Assembly (NCBI GenBank): GCA_036785375.1 | Contig: JAWMAR010000531.1 | Coordinates: 310,001 to 374,000, forward strand | Reading direction: 5' to 3' | Source of the DNA: Leucoraja ocellata | Taxonomy: Eukaryota | Length of the DNA: 64,000 bases | Shown here: in pieces, positions 23,916 through 38,110 of the stretch | How the letters are laid out: every line of letters starts with the position of its first letter | Position numbering within the stretch: the stretch's first letter is position 1 | Translations under genes and position numbers: made by a program | Notes under the pieces: model-generated | Told to the model about the DNA's origin: nothing | What the model saw: the letters and a program-made list of their open reading frames with translations, nothing else | Database searches by the model: none

Positions 23916-26339
23916 TATTGTGCAATTTATTGCACAAGATGCTGCACATGTTTTATATAATAGAGATCCAAGTCATTGCATGGTTAACCTTGTGCACTTG
24001 TTTGCATGGATTGATGCTTTGAATGACTTTTTCCACGTTTAAATCAACTCCATTCACCCACTTTTGAAGCACATCATATTGAATGCTGTCAAACTCATCT
24101 GAGCACATCATTTATTGGATTCATGACGTTATCAGAATACAAAGGGAGAATTACTTACTTACTGGAAAACTGAATTAAGGGATCATAAACATAGAAACAT
24201 CACAAGGTCATTCATTAAAAAGTGAATCATTTTGTATTGAGGAAGTAACTCAAAGTATTTGAGGGAGGAGAGAACTGAGCAAATTGTTGAAGTAGGGCAT
24301 GACGTTGAGTATGATCATCTGTTTCTCCACTACAAATTGTACATGAAAACAACATCGGTTTTACCCTTCTGCACACATTAGATGATTAGTGTGTCCATCA
24401 GAGTCCAGGAGAAGGCTCCATCCTCGTAGTATCGTATCTCAAGCACAGCTTATTTTATCATTACATTCTGTTTTGTACTTTGCCGAGCCAATTCTCAGCC
24501 CAGTAGGGTTTCAGTTCACCTAGTTTACTTGCCAATCAACTTGATGAGCTATAACAGCCTTACATTTGGAAACATGTTCAGTGTTGTCTTCAATCCAAGA
24601 AAAAATATACTTTTTAAATGTGTTAATTCACGAAGTTATTAGCTCCCAGTGGAATTGAGAATGGCAGCACCTGTATAAAATCATGCTGACTCATGTCTGT
24701 TGAGACATTTGTGCTAAATATTCTTGAGAAATTATCACTGCACATGATAGAACAGACTGATGAAATTCTCAGTTAATATGTCTCATCATTCTTTCTAAAT
24801 TTAGAGGTTTTATTTACCATGTGCTGTTCTTGTATCGTTGTTTGAACTTAACTGTTTCATTTTTTTACATATAAAAGAGATTGGGATGAGGGACCTGGCC
24901 CATTGTTTAGTAGAATGACAACCAACAGAGAGTATTAGAATGAAAGTAAATAGTTTCAGGAAGTAATGATGAGGAAAATCTAAACGGGTTTCTTATGAGA
25001 AGAAAATAATAGTTTGTAAAGAAGTTTTACAGAACCTATGTGTGAGTGAAGTTATAGAGCAGAAAATAAACTTGAAGACTTTGAAACTCTTCAACTCTTT
25101 AATTATGTCGCACTTTTAATAAAGTAGATTGTTCTTGAAGTTTATTGCTTAGAAAAGATTGAACAGGCTGGAGCATTTTACAAAAGGTATAATGATGATC
25201 CATAAAAGGAATTTTGGAATATAAAGCATTTCAATGGGGTTGACTGTAGCAGAAGCCTCTTGTGATATAGTCCAAAATCAGAGGTGATAGCTATAGGGAG
25301 ATTGTTAAGAATTTCAATTTAGAGTTTAAAGGGCAAAAAGAGCAAATTGCAGAAGGTACTTTACATGGACTGGAACCGAGTCATGGTGCAAATCGGTGTC
25401 CATCCCATAGCTTCCACAAATACTTGGTCCACAGCATTTCTCTAGTAGTTTGGTTTTTGCTCCAAATTCCAGCATCAAAGTCTCTTGTGTCTTCGAAGAG
25501 TTTGAGGGATTGTTTAGATGTTTGGATTAAGTGTACATAGAGTGCTGGATGCAACTACAAAAGGTTGTATGGGAAAAATTGATAAACCCAAATAGAAGAA
25601 TATGTGAGATTGGGGGCTGAAATAATGTGAAGGACACTGGGGTGGAGTATAACTGCTGACAGAGACCCGTTGGGCTAAACAGCCAATTTCATGTTGTAAA
25701 TTAAATGTAAGAAGAGCATTGTTTGTGGGTAATGCTGCATAAACAGAAGTGGTTACACAATTGTACTCTCAGCAAATAGAGATGACAGGAAATGAAATTT
25801 GATTGCCAACCTATCATTGGAATCTCCTGCACTGTGGTTCAAAACAAAGTTGTACTTTAAATTCTGTTGGCTCAGTATCTGAATAAAACTACTTAACACA
25901 GCTCATCACAGTTGGGAAATCAGAAGTGGTAGGAGGAGTTAATTCCTGCTATTGGAATATGATGAACCAGATTGATGAACAGTCGATTACTTCTGGGAAT
26001 AAGGGTTTTGCTTCGGAAACAGCCAGATAAAACCATTCCAGCAAAGATAGCAGGCAATCAGCCCACTGTTCCATAAAGAGCAATCCAATCACCCCTCATG
26101 TCTCTGCAAGTTATTTTCCTTTGGGTGCCTACAAATGTGAGTTAATCCACCCCCCCCCCTCTCTTCCCCCCCCAAACCACCCCTCTCCCTCTCCCCTACC
26201 CCCCCCCCCCCCACACACACACACACAGAAAAGCCTTCAAGATGATTTGTTTTAAAAAATGAATGGATGAAAGGAATGTCTTCAACTCTGCACCATGGAA
26301 CTGCCTGTGCAGTAGTTGGTTCCAGCTCACTGAAGTGGG

Positions 26340-26600
26340 AATTAACATCCTGAGTCATGTCTGGCTATTTCTGTTGCAACTGGAACGCACCTCCCTATTG
26401 GTGAGCTTTCCCAGCTGAAGGATAAGCAAATTGATGTTGGGACTATGCACTGCTGCTGACGTGCAATCCAATCGCGAGGCCTCCAGACAAGCTAAAAGAA
26501 GCAGTCTGTGTGTAATGTAATTACAGTGCTGACGAGGGCTATGATGCAGGATTAGGTGCTATATACAGTACAGAAACAGCTCAACACTCCAGTAGCATAG
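26340..26600 (+). promoter_or_regulatory. Putative Pol II promoter
   Basis: TGAGTCA (26351-26357), ATTGG (~26397), TGACGTG (26457-26463) next to CCAAT (26468-26472), second TGCTGACG (26527-26534), GGATTA (26549-26554), TATATA (26560-26565). C-rich/(CA)n tract upstream; TE-poor surroundings. Confidence 0.55.
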
Positions 26601-26851
26601 GTGGGCGACGATGCTGCATTAGTTGGTCAAAAAGGATGCTTAACTTGTTTTTAAAAGCCTTTGACAAGCAGGATTGCAGAGAAAAGATTGCTTATAGGCA
26701 GAAACAATTTTTCTAATTCAGGCCACATGCAAGGCATGGGGTGACTAGATTCTTGTAAATCTATTTTATTTTAATAAGTGGTCTATAGAATATTATTTTT
26801 AAAAGCACTTTTTTAAATCCTCTTCTCTGTTCTCCCAAATCTCCTTTGCAG

Positions 26852-26906
26852 GGCAGTGCCCTTCTGCATTTCAATCTGCATTTCCCATGTCTCGTGGAGT
26901 TTCAAG
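26852..26906 (+). CDS. Candidate exon (5' UTR plus possible ATG at 26887, MSRGVS-), gene unidentified
   Basis: Long pyrimidine tract TCCTCTTCTCTGTTCTCCCAAATCTCCTTTGCAG| and consensus donor AAG|GTAAGA. Confidence 0.6.
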
Positions 26907-27491
26907 GTAAGAGCTTTATTCCATAAGATAAGCATAAACCTTTAAAGCAGAGCCCTTTCTAGAAAAGTGACTTCTTACTGGCTGCCGAAATAATGAAACC
27001 GTGTGGTTTGTTCAACAAGGTGCTGTCCATTGAACGTGCAGAATTATGCTCACTCGTGAATGTTATTCTGAGGGGAGCAAGTTGTATTAGTCTATATGTT
27101 ACAAGGGCAACGCCGACCTAAATTTGACGCAGGTAAAGCAAGACGAGGTTGAGTCATTTCAGGTCAAAGGAGATGACAGTGCTTTGCCATGTAGCGTTGC
27201 AGTCGCCAGATATCCTGTTAGTGGATTGTCTTCCTGGTCGGTTGCGTTGTGCCTCATGGGTGGAGGTCTGATGTTTTGTAACAGCTCAGGCATGCTTTCA
27301 GTTGTAGTGATGTCTGCACTAACTCTCCCTCCCACAAGAAAACAGATGGAGAGGTTTTCTCACAATCAATTCTCATTTTAAAGTGGGGGCACTTGACACC
27401 ATTTGTAGAGAGAAACTCAATAATTACCCCAGCCAGGAGAACCATTCCTGTTTTCCTACCTGTTTTTTTAATTTATTTTTAGCTCTCACAG

Positions 27492-27514
27492 GTCAATTGA
27501 TGAAGGATGTCATG
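27492..27514 (+). CDS. Candidate 23-nt micro-exon (alternative in-frame acceptor gives start 27483)
   Basis: T-rich tract ...TTTTTAGCTCTCACAG|GTCAATTGATGAAGGATGTCATG|GTATGA. Splices in frame to the previous exon, giving MSRGVSRSIDEGCH. Confidence 0.45.
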
Positions 27515-28759
27515 GTATGATTAGTGATGTTATTGTTTGTGCTAGCCCCTTTCACTGAAAGAAAGTTGCCTGGATCATTGCAGAAAAAATGAAAAAGGAG
27601 ACATCTTTGAATTGTAAAATTGATGTAACACATAGTGCTCAAGCCTCAAGGAACGAACGTCGGTGCGAATGAACTGAGAAAGCATCAGTAAACTATGTGC
27701 TTTAACCTGCAGTTTATTAAAAAAAAAAGCATTTTATAGAACAATGATTGTGCAAATGGGGAGTTAAAACTCATTTATGCTTTAGGTGAAACCATTATGT
27801 CCTCTAAAAGAGCCTCAAATAGTGCCAAGCCAACTGCCTCTAGATCGGTTTTAAAGTAAGATTAGCACCATTCAGGATTAGCTGGAAAAGCATACAGTTC
27901 TCTCCTTTTTGTAGCTTCCTTTTTATCCATCTTTCCATTTGAATGCTTTGTGTTATTTGACATTCAGCCATATACAGTTTCCCTTTCAGAGTTGGAAGCA
28001 CCTTCATATCTTTTTGCTTCCACTCCACCCTGCACATTCTCAAGTGTGTGAATGCACATGTCCATCAGTGTTTGTCACTGCAATTTCTCCTGACTTGTAT
28101 ATTTGATATAATATCAGGGATATTGTAAAAAAAAACCACAGTTGTGCAGAATGCACTTTCTCTTTATTTTATTAGCTTTACTTCGGGAGAGTTATAGAGC
28201 ATGCACAGTTTTTGCGCTATAGGCAATAAATCGAGCCTACGCCCTGTCCTCGATTGGGTAACATCGAAGGGTCATTAAGCTTAGCCTATGACCTTAGCAT
28301 TCTCGCTTAAAAATCTAATGGGTTAAAACAATTCCTTAACCAAAGTCTTAAAAAAAAAATCATTAGAGCTCTCCAAAATATTTTTTCACAAAGGATAATG
28401 TTTCAGCAGTAAGATGTTAGGTTTAGTTGTTGCAGGGTTAATCCATCGATCAAGAGAAGGTTGGAGAATCTCTCCTTGTAATTGAAGAAAGGTGGGTTTA
28501 ATGATATGAATTCTATGCATTTACCGAGGCTCTCTTTAACATTATGGTTTAAAGTACATAAAGCCTGAATTATGGGTGATGGAAAGGGGCAGGTGAATGT
28601 GAGAGCGTTTTCTTTTACAATGTGAAGAATTATAAAATAATATTGCTGAATATAGCAGAATGAACAGACTGAGAAATATGTATCTGCATTGGTACTACAT
28701 TCCAGTGCTGCAACAGTCACATGCTTACACTTTGAATGAAGCCTTAAACTAAACCTTGT

Positions 28760-29100
28760 CTACCACTCCTGGTGATTAATATTTTTAAACTGAAGTGCCA
28801 GTCTGCTGATCTACATTAGCTGCAATATGACATATTTAAAACCCGCATCCTCTTCTTCAAATTCATTCACGTCCTTATCCCTTTCTATCTCTGAGGCCTC
28901 TGTGAGCTCTAAAATTTCTGACTTACAATGCGTTTTGATCTCCTTTACACAACCTCTCCCCACTGTTAATATGCCTCTGGTCATGGAATCTTCTCTCTAA
29001 ACTTTGTATTTCCCTAAATCCATTTAACGAACCCTTCCTGTTTTTTCTTAGCTTTTTGCCCAAAAGGAAAAAATTAAGCAAAAACCTGCTGTAACGTTTA
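28760..29100 (+). mobile_element. Very old L2-like LINE 3' remnant
   Basis: CTACATTAGCT...TTTAAAACCCGCATCCTCTTCTTCAAATTCATTCAC...CTATCTCT resembles the L2 LHWLP..FKIL..FKS.H...YL region. Confidence 0.4.
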
Positions 29101-30734
29101 TCCATACCGCAAATTGAATGTAACACAATTGATAAATTAGGGAACAGTAATTATATTATACAAGCCAAATTGGTTATAACGCAATGTCGATTGACAACTA
29201 GAGAACCAGTTAAAAGCTACTGTGAAAATTGACAAACAGGAAAAAAAGCTGTCTTGCAAAATAAAAAGTGTTGGGAGGAAAAACTGTTTCCTCCCGTTGT
29301 AATCAGACACCACTGTCCCTCAGGAACATGGTCAGTTTCACAGCAGGTGGCTATTGACGAGCAATGGTTTTGATTAAGACTTTTGTAATGATATACTATT
29401 AAATAATGTAATATACAGCATTTAGTATTGTTAGCTTGCAATAATAAAAATAAACTAATGGCTATTAAAAGGACCCTTTGTTTTTGAAAACCTGTAGAGA
29501 AATCAAACTTTGTTATTGTGAGTCTGAAACTGTCTAGTGCTTAACCCCGTTTTCCCCTTGACACAATTATTTTTATAATATGATCGTCTATAATGTGAGG
29601 ATTGGTAGGGACATAGCTTTCATGTTACAGCAGAGCTATCTGTACAGGAAATTGAAAATTTAAAAATAGTTCAGAGAATTATCAGATCCGGCTACATCCA
29701 TGGAGAGTTTGGTCAAAATAAAGACATTGAAACTACAGGTGACAGGTTATAGACATGAGATGACAACAGTGTTTCTCCCTCCATAGTTACCACCTGGCCT
29801 GCCGGGTGTCTCTAGCACTTTCTCTTTTCATCTCTTTCTTGCTTGCTGTCAAATATAGACAGTTCATATATTCATATAGACAATGGTGTTGTAGTTGTTT
29901 GCTTTATTAATCATACTGTTGAACAAGAGTTTTTAACTTATGAAAACTGCTGCTAGCAATTCATGTTGGGGCAGATGAAAAAAAGTTAGACCTCTGCACT
30001 TGAAAATAAAAGAAACTGCAGATGTTGGAACTTTAAAGGGAACAGTGAAATTAAAGGTCAACAGTTAATGTTTCCACTCCCTTTCTGTTTTCACAGATGC
30101 TGCCTGATCTGCTGAGTATTCCGGGCATTTTCTGTCCTTATTTTGGATTTCTTATTGTTAACATTTTTTCAGCCTAGTCATTGTTTTGTAGGTAGGGGTG
30201 TGCAACACCTCAGGTGGCTGAACAATGTCACATTAACAAGTAGCCCAAAATGATGATGCATCATGTTCCGAAAATCTATGTCAGCCTGACTTCCGGTCGA
30301 TTGATAGCTTTCTCTGTAACTGTGATATAACTGCTGCAGGGAGAGGATGCTGGCTTTTACATTCCATTTACAAGCCTGGATTATGAAGTGCAATGGGGTT
30401 TGATTAACTCGGAGAGCCGTGCGGTCTGTGACCCACCCCATGATCTCCGTAGATGTGGCCAGCACCGGATTCATTTGTTGCTGTGTCATGTCTTGCACTT
30501 CCAAATACTCTCTGATTTAATTGAAAATGAAACGGCTGCAAGTATCTTGCTGTCTATTTTCAGTCATGTTCCATTTAAAGCGCAATTAGTATTGCTTGAC
30601 ATTTTTACAAATTGTACTGCAGGAGGATAACGTTTTACAAATCTAATCAAGAAAATAAATTGAAATGACTAACACTTCAGTTTAGTATTTATTTTCAGTT
30701 TATCTTTTAATTTCCGTGTCGGCCTTTATATATG

Positions 30735-31830
30735 GACTTTCAAAAAACCTTTGACAAGGTCCCACACAAGAGATTAATGTACAAAATGAGAGCGCATGGT
30801 ATTGACATGGATAGAGAACTGGTTGGCAGACAGGAAGCAAAGCATAGGAAATAACGGGTCCTTGTCAGAATGGCAGGCAGTGACTAGTGGGATGCTGCAA
30901 GGCTCGATGCTGGGACCCCAGTTATTTACAATATAAACGATTTAGACGAAGGAATTAAATGTAACATCTCCAAGTTTGCGGATGACACAAAGCTGGGTGG
31001 CAGTGTGAACTGCGAGGAGGATGCTATGAGGCTGCAGGGTGACTTGAATAGGTTGGGTGAGTGGGCAGATGCATGGCAGATGCAATATAATGTGGATAAA
31101 TGTGAGGTTATCCACTTTGGTGGCAAGAACAAGAAGGCAGCTTATTATCTGAATGGTGTAAGATTAGAAAAAGCGAAGGTGCAACAAGACCTGGGTGTCC
31201 TTGTACATCAGCCACTGAAAGTAAGCGTGCAGGTACAGCAGGCAGTGAAGAAAGCAAATGGCATGTTGGTCTTCATAGCAAGAGAATTTGAGTATAGGAG
31301 CAAGGAGGTCCGACTGCAGTTGTACAGGGCCCGGGAGTATTGTATGCAGCTTTGGTCTCCTAATTTGAGGAAGGACATTCTTGCTATTGAAGGGGTGCAG
31401 CTTAGGTTCACCAGGTTAATTCCCATGATGGCAGGACTGACATATGATGAAAGAATGGATCGACTGAACTTGCAATCGTTGGAATTTCAAAGGATACATA
31501 GAAACATAGAACATTCTTAAGGGATTGGACAGGTTAGATGTAGGAAAATTGTTCCTGATGTTGGGGGAGTCCAGAACCAGGGGTAACAGTTTAAGAATAA
31601 GGGATAGACCATTTAGGACTGAGATGAAATACTTTTTCAACCCGAGAGTAGTGAATCTGTGGAATTCTCTACCTCAGAAGGCAGTGGAGGCCAGTTCACT
31701 GGATGTATTCAAGAGAGAGTTGGATATAGCTCTTGGGTCTAACGGAATCAAGGGATATGGGGAGAAAGCAGGAACAGGGTACTGATTCTGGATGATCAGC
31801 CATGATCATATTGAATTGCAGTGCTGGCTC
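30735..31830 (+). mobile_element. CR1/HER1 LINE, 5'-truncated (RT to 3' UTR)
   Basis: ISKFADDTKLGG RT active-site motif; ORFs 31005-31520 and 31525-31785. Confidence 0.96.
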
Positions 31831-33124
31831 TGGTCTATGACACGTCTTAACACAATCAAAATAGTCCATGACAGCACCAAACCATTAATGAATGAAAAAC
31901 ACTTGCTAGCCTGTCTTTTGTTCTCATGTAGAAGGTTTTCCCAGGTACATTGAGAAGAATTGTGAACAAATCTAAAAATGGCTATACATTTGGACAGGTA
32001 ATTTATGAGTGCTTTGGACTTAGGCCTCAACCGTACGTTAAAGACAGTCTAACTTTGAATAGTCTGTGAGTGGCATTTTGGTTGATATAATCTCTTACTT
32101 CATGCCTTTACACATTATTGTGCAGGTATCAATTTGTTAGAAAATTGAATCCATGCCAATTGTGGTTTAAATAATATGATTATGCTGTAATGCACAGCAT
32201 ATATTTGTAAATGTTTTAGGACATCATTCTCGGTAAATATTTTGAGAATACTACTATGGTGATGGACATTGGACAGTGTTGAAGATGAAATAAATATCAC
32301 ATAGTATGCATTTCAATATCACCTAGCTTCAATTTCACGGGTAACAAACCACATTATTCTGTTTACCTGTTAATTCATCTAGAGCATTTAATTGTTTACA
32401 GGTTTTCAGCAATGCAGAATTGTTTAACCTGAATGTAACTATGTTATTTCTGATGACGAAAAAGCATATGTGTGTGCGTGTATATATATAAATTATAATA
32501 TATGAATGCCTTTCAGTCACTAGAAATAAATACATACATGCACGCATACAAGTGCGAACCTTGCCTCTGAATTTTACTCGTAAGGGAACTTTGCTGCCTC
32601 TCACAAGGAAGAGAAATTCTCTGCAGATTAATATCTATCCAATGTGACAAGTCTGCCTCCCTTGAGCACATATGCAAGTTAAATAGTTTGATGCTATTGA
32701 CTTGCTTGAGCAGAGGTGCAGGGACTCTACACCGGGACAAGCAGAATGTTCCATTCTATTTCACCATGTTTGGATGCCTCATTTAAATCTGGGGAGTGTT
32801 TTAAATCCTTCAGAACAAATTGAATTTGTGGACTGACCTTGTGAGAGATATCTGTGGGAGTGGTGGGTCACACAGTTGTGCTTTGCCTCATTGATGATCA
32901 TTATAATTGCCTCGAGGTGAGACAAGATGGTAACGATTATTTTTTTTTACATAAAGATTGAATATTCTTAAAATACAGCTAGGATTTTATTTGGGTTTTT
33001 TTTGGCTTCTCGGTTACTTTTAAAAATTGTGCCTTAAAACGGAAATTGATGACTTTTTTTTGGATATTTAATTTCAAAAATCAAGAAACTTGCAAGTCAT
33101 TGCCACGCATAGCTATCTTGTACT

Positions 33125-33660
33125 CAAAACCAGAAACTGCAGATGCAAAAGAAGATGCAAAGTGCTGGAGTAACTCAGCGGCACAGGCAGCATCTCTGGA
33201 GAACATGGATAGGTGATGTTACAGGTCGGAACCCTTCTTCAGATCGATCGCAGGTAGGGGAAAAGAAAGCTGAAGGAGAGGCCTAGAGACAGGACAAAGC
33301 CTGGCAGGTAGTAGGTTCAATATGTAGGAAGGAACTGCAGATGCTGGTTTATACCAACGATAGATACAAAGTGCTGGAGTAACTCAGCAGATCAGGAAGC
33401 ATCTTTGTTGTAAAAGGATGGGTGACATTTTGGGTTGGAACCTTTTGTCAGTCCCTTAGGTAATAGGTTGATATTGGTGTGGAGGGTGTTTTGACAGGCA
33501 GATGGTTGGACAAGTTGTGAGACAAAAGAATTGAAGAGTTACCAATTGTGAAGATAGAGGAAGGAATGAGGGGAGGGGGAGAAATAGGTGTGTTCACGTG
33601 GGGCAAGGGGGGGGGGGGATAGAGGGAGAGGGAGGAGGTTATATGGGGTAGTGCTGAGGG
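33125..33660 (-). mobile_element. Two tandem PLE terminal repeats with UTR
   Basis: Repeat units at ~33130-33245 and ~33322-33452, each ending in a mutated hammerhead-like segment. Confidence 0.75.
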
Positions 33661-33866
33661 TTCAAAGCCCCGACCACCACGGGTGAGCAAAGGAGGAAGA
33701 TGGCTGAACTTTATTGCCTTCCATCACAGCGAGGAATGTTGATTCCACTGTGGTGGATGTTTATGTTAAAATTATTGTGCATTGCGTTCTATTTTTACTT
33801 GTAAGGCAACTCAATTGTCACTGTACCCTAATTGGTGTTTGTGACAATAAATGTGAACTTGAACTA
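33660..33866 (+). repeat. Unclassified retroposon tail; longer copy at 50488-50915 (-)
   Basis: Shared AACTTTATTGCCTTCCATCACAG.GAGGA.TGT...TCCACTGTGGTGGATGTTTATGTT, then TGACAATAAA and a short repeat tail. Confidence 0.7.
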
Positions 33867-36214
33867 TGTGCACTGGCCCCTGTGTGATTCCTGACCCACT
33901 GGTGAGATTGTCTCTTAAATAGATGGCAAGCCACACTGTTCAGGGGCAATTAAGGATAGACAGCAAATTTTGGTAATGGCCAAACCTAGTGAAATGACAC
34001 CTTTTTTTAGTTAACTTAATTATCTTGCAACAATGCAAGGTTGCTGCAGCTTGGTTTCACCAAGACAAATTAATCTTGTAAAGTCATGCACAAAAGACAC
34101 TTACTCAATGATATTTTGTAGATGGTCGAGAAAATGATGATCATCTGGGAAGAACTAATGATATGTTCTTACTGACCTTAACAGGCAATGCATTTAAGAC
34201 TTGATTCTATTCTACTTGGAAATATATATATATATATATTGTTCCACAGTCTTCTCAGAAGTTTTCCTATCTCACAAAGCATTGGTTAGAAAACTGGAGG
34301 AGGCAGCTTGAAAGTATTTCGGATACATCCAGGATATTTATTTACATCTAAGATATCTTTTTGCATGATCAAAGTCGAAAATTAATGTTGATTAAATTTA
34401 GCATGAAGAAATGCTTATCCTTTTTGCTGGATTAGAAGGAGACTAAACTATCTTAGTTCCAAATAACTTCACTCGGTCCAATGTCCTGAATAATTTTCTG
34501 TTGTTGTCTGTGTTCAAAAATTAATAGATAATTATTTTCCATCTGTGTATATTTGTATTAGATTATAGATTGGGGGTGGTAGTTCAAAATAATCTATTTT
34601 ACATTACTAAAGGACATCTTGACAGGATGATTTCACATAGCTGCGGCCTGCGGGAGTATTGAGGAAGGATATGGAACTGCGGATAAGACTTTTTTCATCT
34701 TAATTATTGCTCTTATTTGACTGGGTTGGGTGGGATTTAAAACCCTGCAGTTGTGGAAGTCTATCATTGCCTGAGTGTCTACAGGAGAGCTGATCACGCA
34801 GTTACTCCATTGCTGCAGCTCGTTTACATTAGTTCACTCATTATACATATTTTATATACATTATCTAAATAATAAATACAATAAAATTGTTATCCATCTT
34901 CTAATTTTTTTGTCAATGAGAGCACATGACCTCTAATGTGCTATTGACTTCAGAAAATTGTGACCTATTTCCATTGTGGATTCAAGCCAGCTTTTATTTT
35001 AGACTTTAATGCTGTTACATTTATTTCCTGAAAGATGTTCTGGAAGAAATTAATTCGAATTTCTGTCTGTGAGATGGTTTCACTTATTGATTTTAGGAGC
35101 CATTAGTTATTATTTATCTATATTTCTATCTCATTATGAGCACATCCAAGATATAGCATTTGAAAAATGGGTGACTGTGCTGAATCCAAAAATGAATTGA
35201 CATATTCAATATAAAAAAATTTGTAAGTCAAAACACATCGCAGCCATTACTCAAAAAGGGCCGTTTTGGATGTCCAATAATTATAACTATGCTTGATATT
35301 TAATTCCATTTATTGCAATTTTTATCCTTTGGACCTTTCTGCAGTATAGGATCTTTTGGTTGCTTAAACTAATTTCTATAAAAAATAATTGTACATCAAA
35401 ATATAAAAGGAATTGTAAAAGGGGAATGGCTCTGTTAACTGATTTTCTGATTTCATTTACACAGGACTCTGGCAATGCTGTAAAGGATTTTCTTTTGGAC
35501 AAATTAGTGCGCAATGCTGACAGGTACTCTGATATCCATATTTATTTCAATATCAAGAACTTTCTATCCAAAGGTTAAGGCATTCTTTTTATTTCATAAA
35601 TTGATAGATGAAAGCAAGTATTTAATCAAAGAGTCACTCAAAACATAAACTGGTCCCTCAGCCAGTTGCATCTGTGCTGCTGAGCAACAAGCATCTCTTT
35701 AGGTTGATCCTACACGAATCCCATTTTATTCTTATCACATTCCCATCATAGACTCCATCCTCCTCACACCTTGTTTTCCAGCCTATCTTTGTGTATTCAG
35801 GAACCTGACACATTGTACTCAGTTCCTCATTCTCGTCACTGATATGGGCCGCAACCAGTTGAGCCACAGCATTGATCTGTACAGCATCCTACTAATCACA
35901 GTGTGCCAGCTTCAGTGTCATCCATTTATCCCCTCATTTTTCCTGTCAGTTAATCAGTCCTCTAGCTACATCAATGGTACGTGTTCTCACCGTTCTAATT
36001 CTCAGCTGTGACATCTTATTAAAAATATTGTTTGGAAAATGTAAATAGACCTCGTATCCAAACAATTTATTACATCCTCCAAGAATTTTAATAAACCTTT
36101 CAAGCCCTCTCTCCCTTCCCGAAAAACCACTTTACTCTGCGCGTTGAATATTTGTTTGAAGTCTCTGTCATTTATTTATTTTTCATTATTTCTTCCCCAG
36201 TCATTACCTTCAAG

Positions 36215-36660
36215 GGGCCGATGACGAGCGTTTGTCGGCACTGGGCCTGTACTCGCTGGAGTTTATACAAATGAGGGGGGACCTCATTGAAACATACAGA
36301 ATAGTGAAAGGATTGGATAGAGTGGATGTGGAGAGGATGTTTCCACTAGTGGGAGAGTCTAGGACTAGTGGTCATGACCTCAGAATTAAAGGACGTTCTT
36401 TTAGGAAGGAGATGAGCAATTTCTTTAGTCAGACGGTGGTAAATCTGTGGCATTTTTTGCTACAGAATGCTATGGAGGCCGACAGTGGACATTTTTAAGG
36501 CAGAGATAGATTCTTGATTAGTACGGGTGTCGGGGGTTATGGGGAAAAGGCAAGAGAATGGGTTTAGCAGGGAGAGATAGATCAGCCATGATTGAACGGT
36601 GGAGTAGTCTTGATGGGCCGAATGGCCCTATGCTACTATTCCTTATGACCTTATGACTTT
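36215..36660 (+). mobile_element. CR1 3' end
   Basis: ORF 36232-36498 (LGLYSLEF..MRGDLIETYRIVKGLDRVDVERMFPLVGESRT) and (CTTATGAC)n tail. Confidence 0.93.
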
Positions 36661-37842
36661 TACCTAAGGCTTCATTCTTGCTTTTTATTTAGTTGTAGAA
36701 ACAAAAGCATTGGTAACTGTTGAATATTGACTTGGGACTTACAAGTGCAACCTTCACTGTCAGTCAAGATAAGATGTTAACTCCAACCTTGATCCTTCAA
36801 CCCACCTCTTCAAAGTTTAAAATAGCTTTCACAACTTTAGCATGAGCATCTACTTACCAAGGAAATGGTGAGAAATGATGGTGTGTTTTCATAACGTAAA
36901 GAGCCCTTTAAGCTTCTCCAATGTATTCTCTGCATGCAATATTCCACACATTTGGCTGTATCTAATATTCGGTGGATAAACATTGTCGGGAGCCTAATGC
37001 AGAGCATATTCAGAAAGAAGATGAGAATAATGACTGATAATGAGGGTCATCAGTTGCAATGAAAGTGATGGGGAATACAAAACGATGATAGAAAAGCTGC
37101 AAAAGGAAGATCTGAACTGCAAAGTAACCGTCAATTATAATTGATTTGCGATCATGTTTGCAACAAATGTTCATGAGTGGGTCCACATGAACTGTAATGT
37201 CAAAACTTGAACTTTCTCACTGATCTGTTGTTGCCTCAGTTAGCCTGCCCTTCTCTCTTTTGCTTCACCCTCACATTCCTCTTTATCTCCAGGGGTCTCT
37301 CCCACCCTTGGGAAAGTTCCCAATATCTCAGACAAACCCAGCACACTCCCCTGTCACTGTCCTCGCCTATCTCGTGTCTCTGCCCATCTCCCTGAACGTT
37401 TGCAATCTCAGGATGATCTAAACCCTCAGAAATGGCTCCCCACCTACAGCCGCCTCCTAAATAATCTCCCAACCCCTTGCATCATGCTTGTTTTCTCAAG
37501 GAATCCATGGAATCATTCCATTCGCTTCAGCTAACCCCACTCCCCTGCTTCAGGCTTGCTACAAGTTCACTTCCCCACCACTTTTATCATTCCACCAAGT
37601 AAAATCTTGCACCTTGCCATTCACTAGAGCAATTTATTTGGTTTCTTTCCTTCCCTGATTGCTCCTTTTCTCAGAAACCAATTCCCCTTTAGGCACCTAC
37701 AGCTCCTCTTCAATTTCCAGCACTTTCTTTGGCCTCTCTTGCTCCCAGAAACACTAGTCTCCCTCATTCTTTGAGGTAATTCCTCAACCTACTAACATAA
37801 AATATACGTTGCCATTCAAAGGCCTGTATAAAGAGCGAGATG

Positions 37843-38110
37843 AGGGTGGCACGGTGCATCAGCAGAGTTGCTGCTTTAACACCAGAGACCCGGGTTCGAT
37901 CGTGAATACAGATGCTGTCTGTATGGAGTTTGTACTCTGTGGTGGGTTTTCTCCGATTTCTCCCACATCCCAAAGACATGCAGGTTTGTAGATTCATTGA
38001 CTTCTGTAAATTGTCCCTAGTATGTAGCTCATAGAAATAGTCTACTGCTCAGCGGGGACTCGCTGGGCAGAAGGGCCTGTTTCCACATGGTATCTCTAAA
38101 ACTAAAACTA
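37843..38110 (+). mobile_element. HE1/V-SINE
   Basis: A/B boxes, V domain, GAAGGGCCTGTTTCC...CTCTAAAACTAAAACT tail. Confidence 0.9.
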
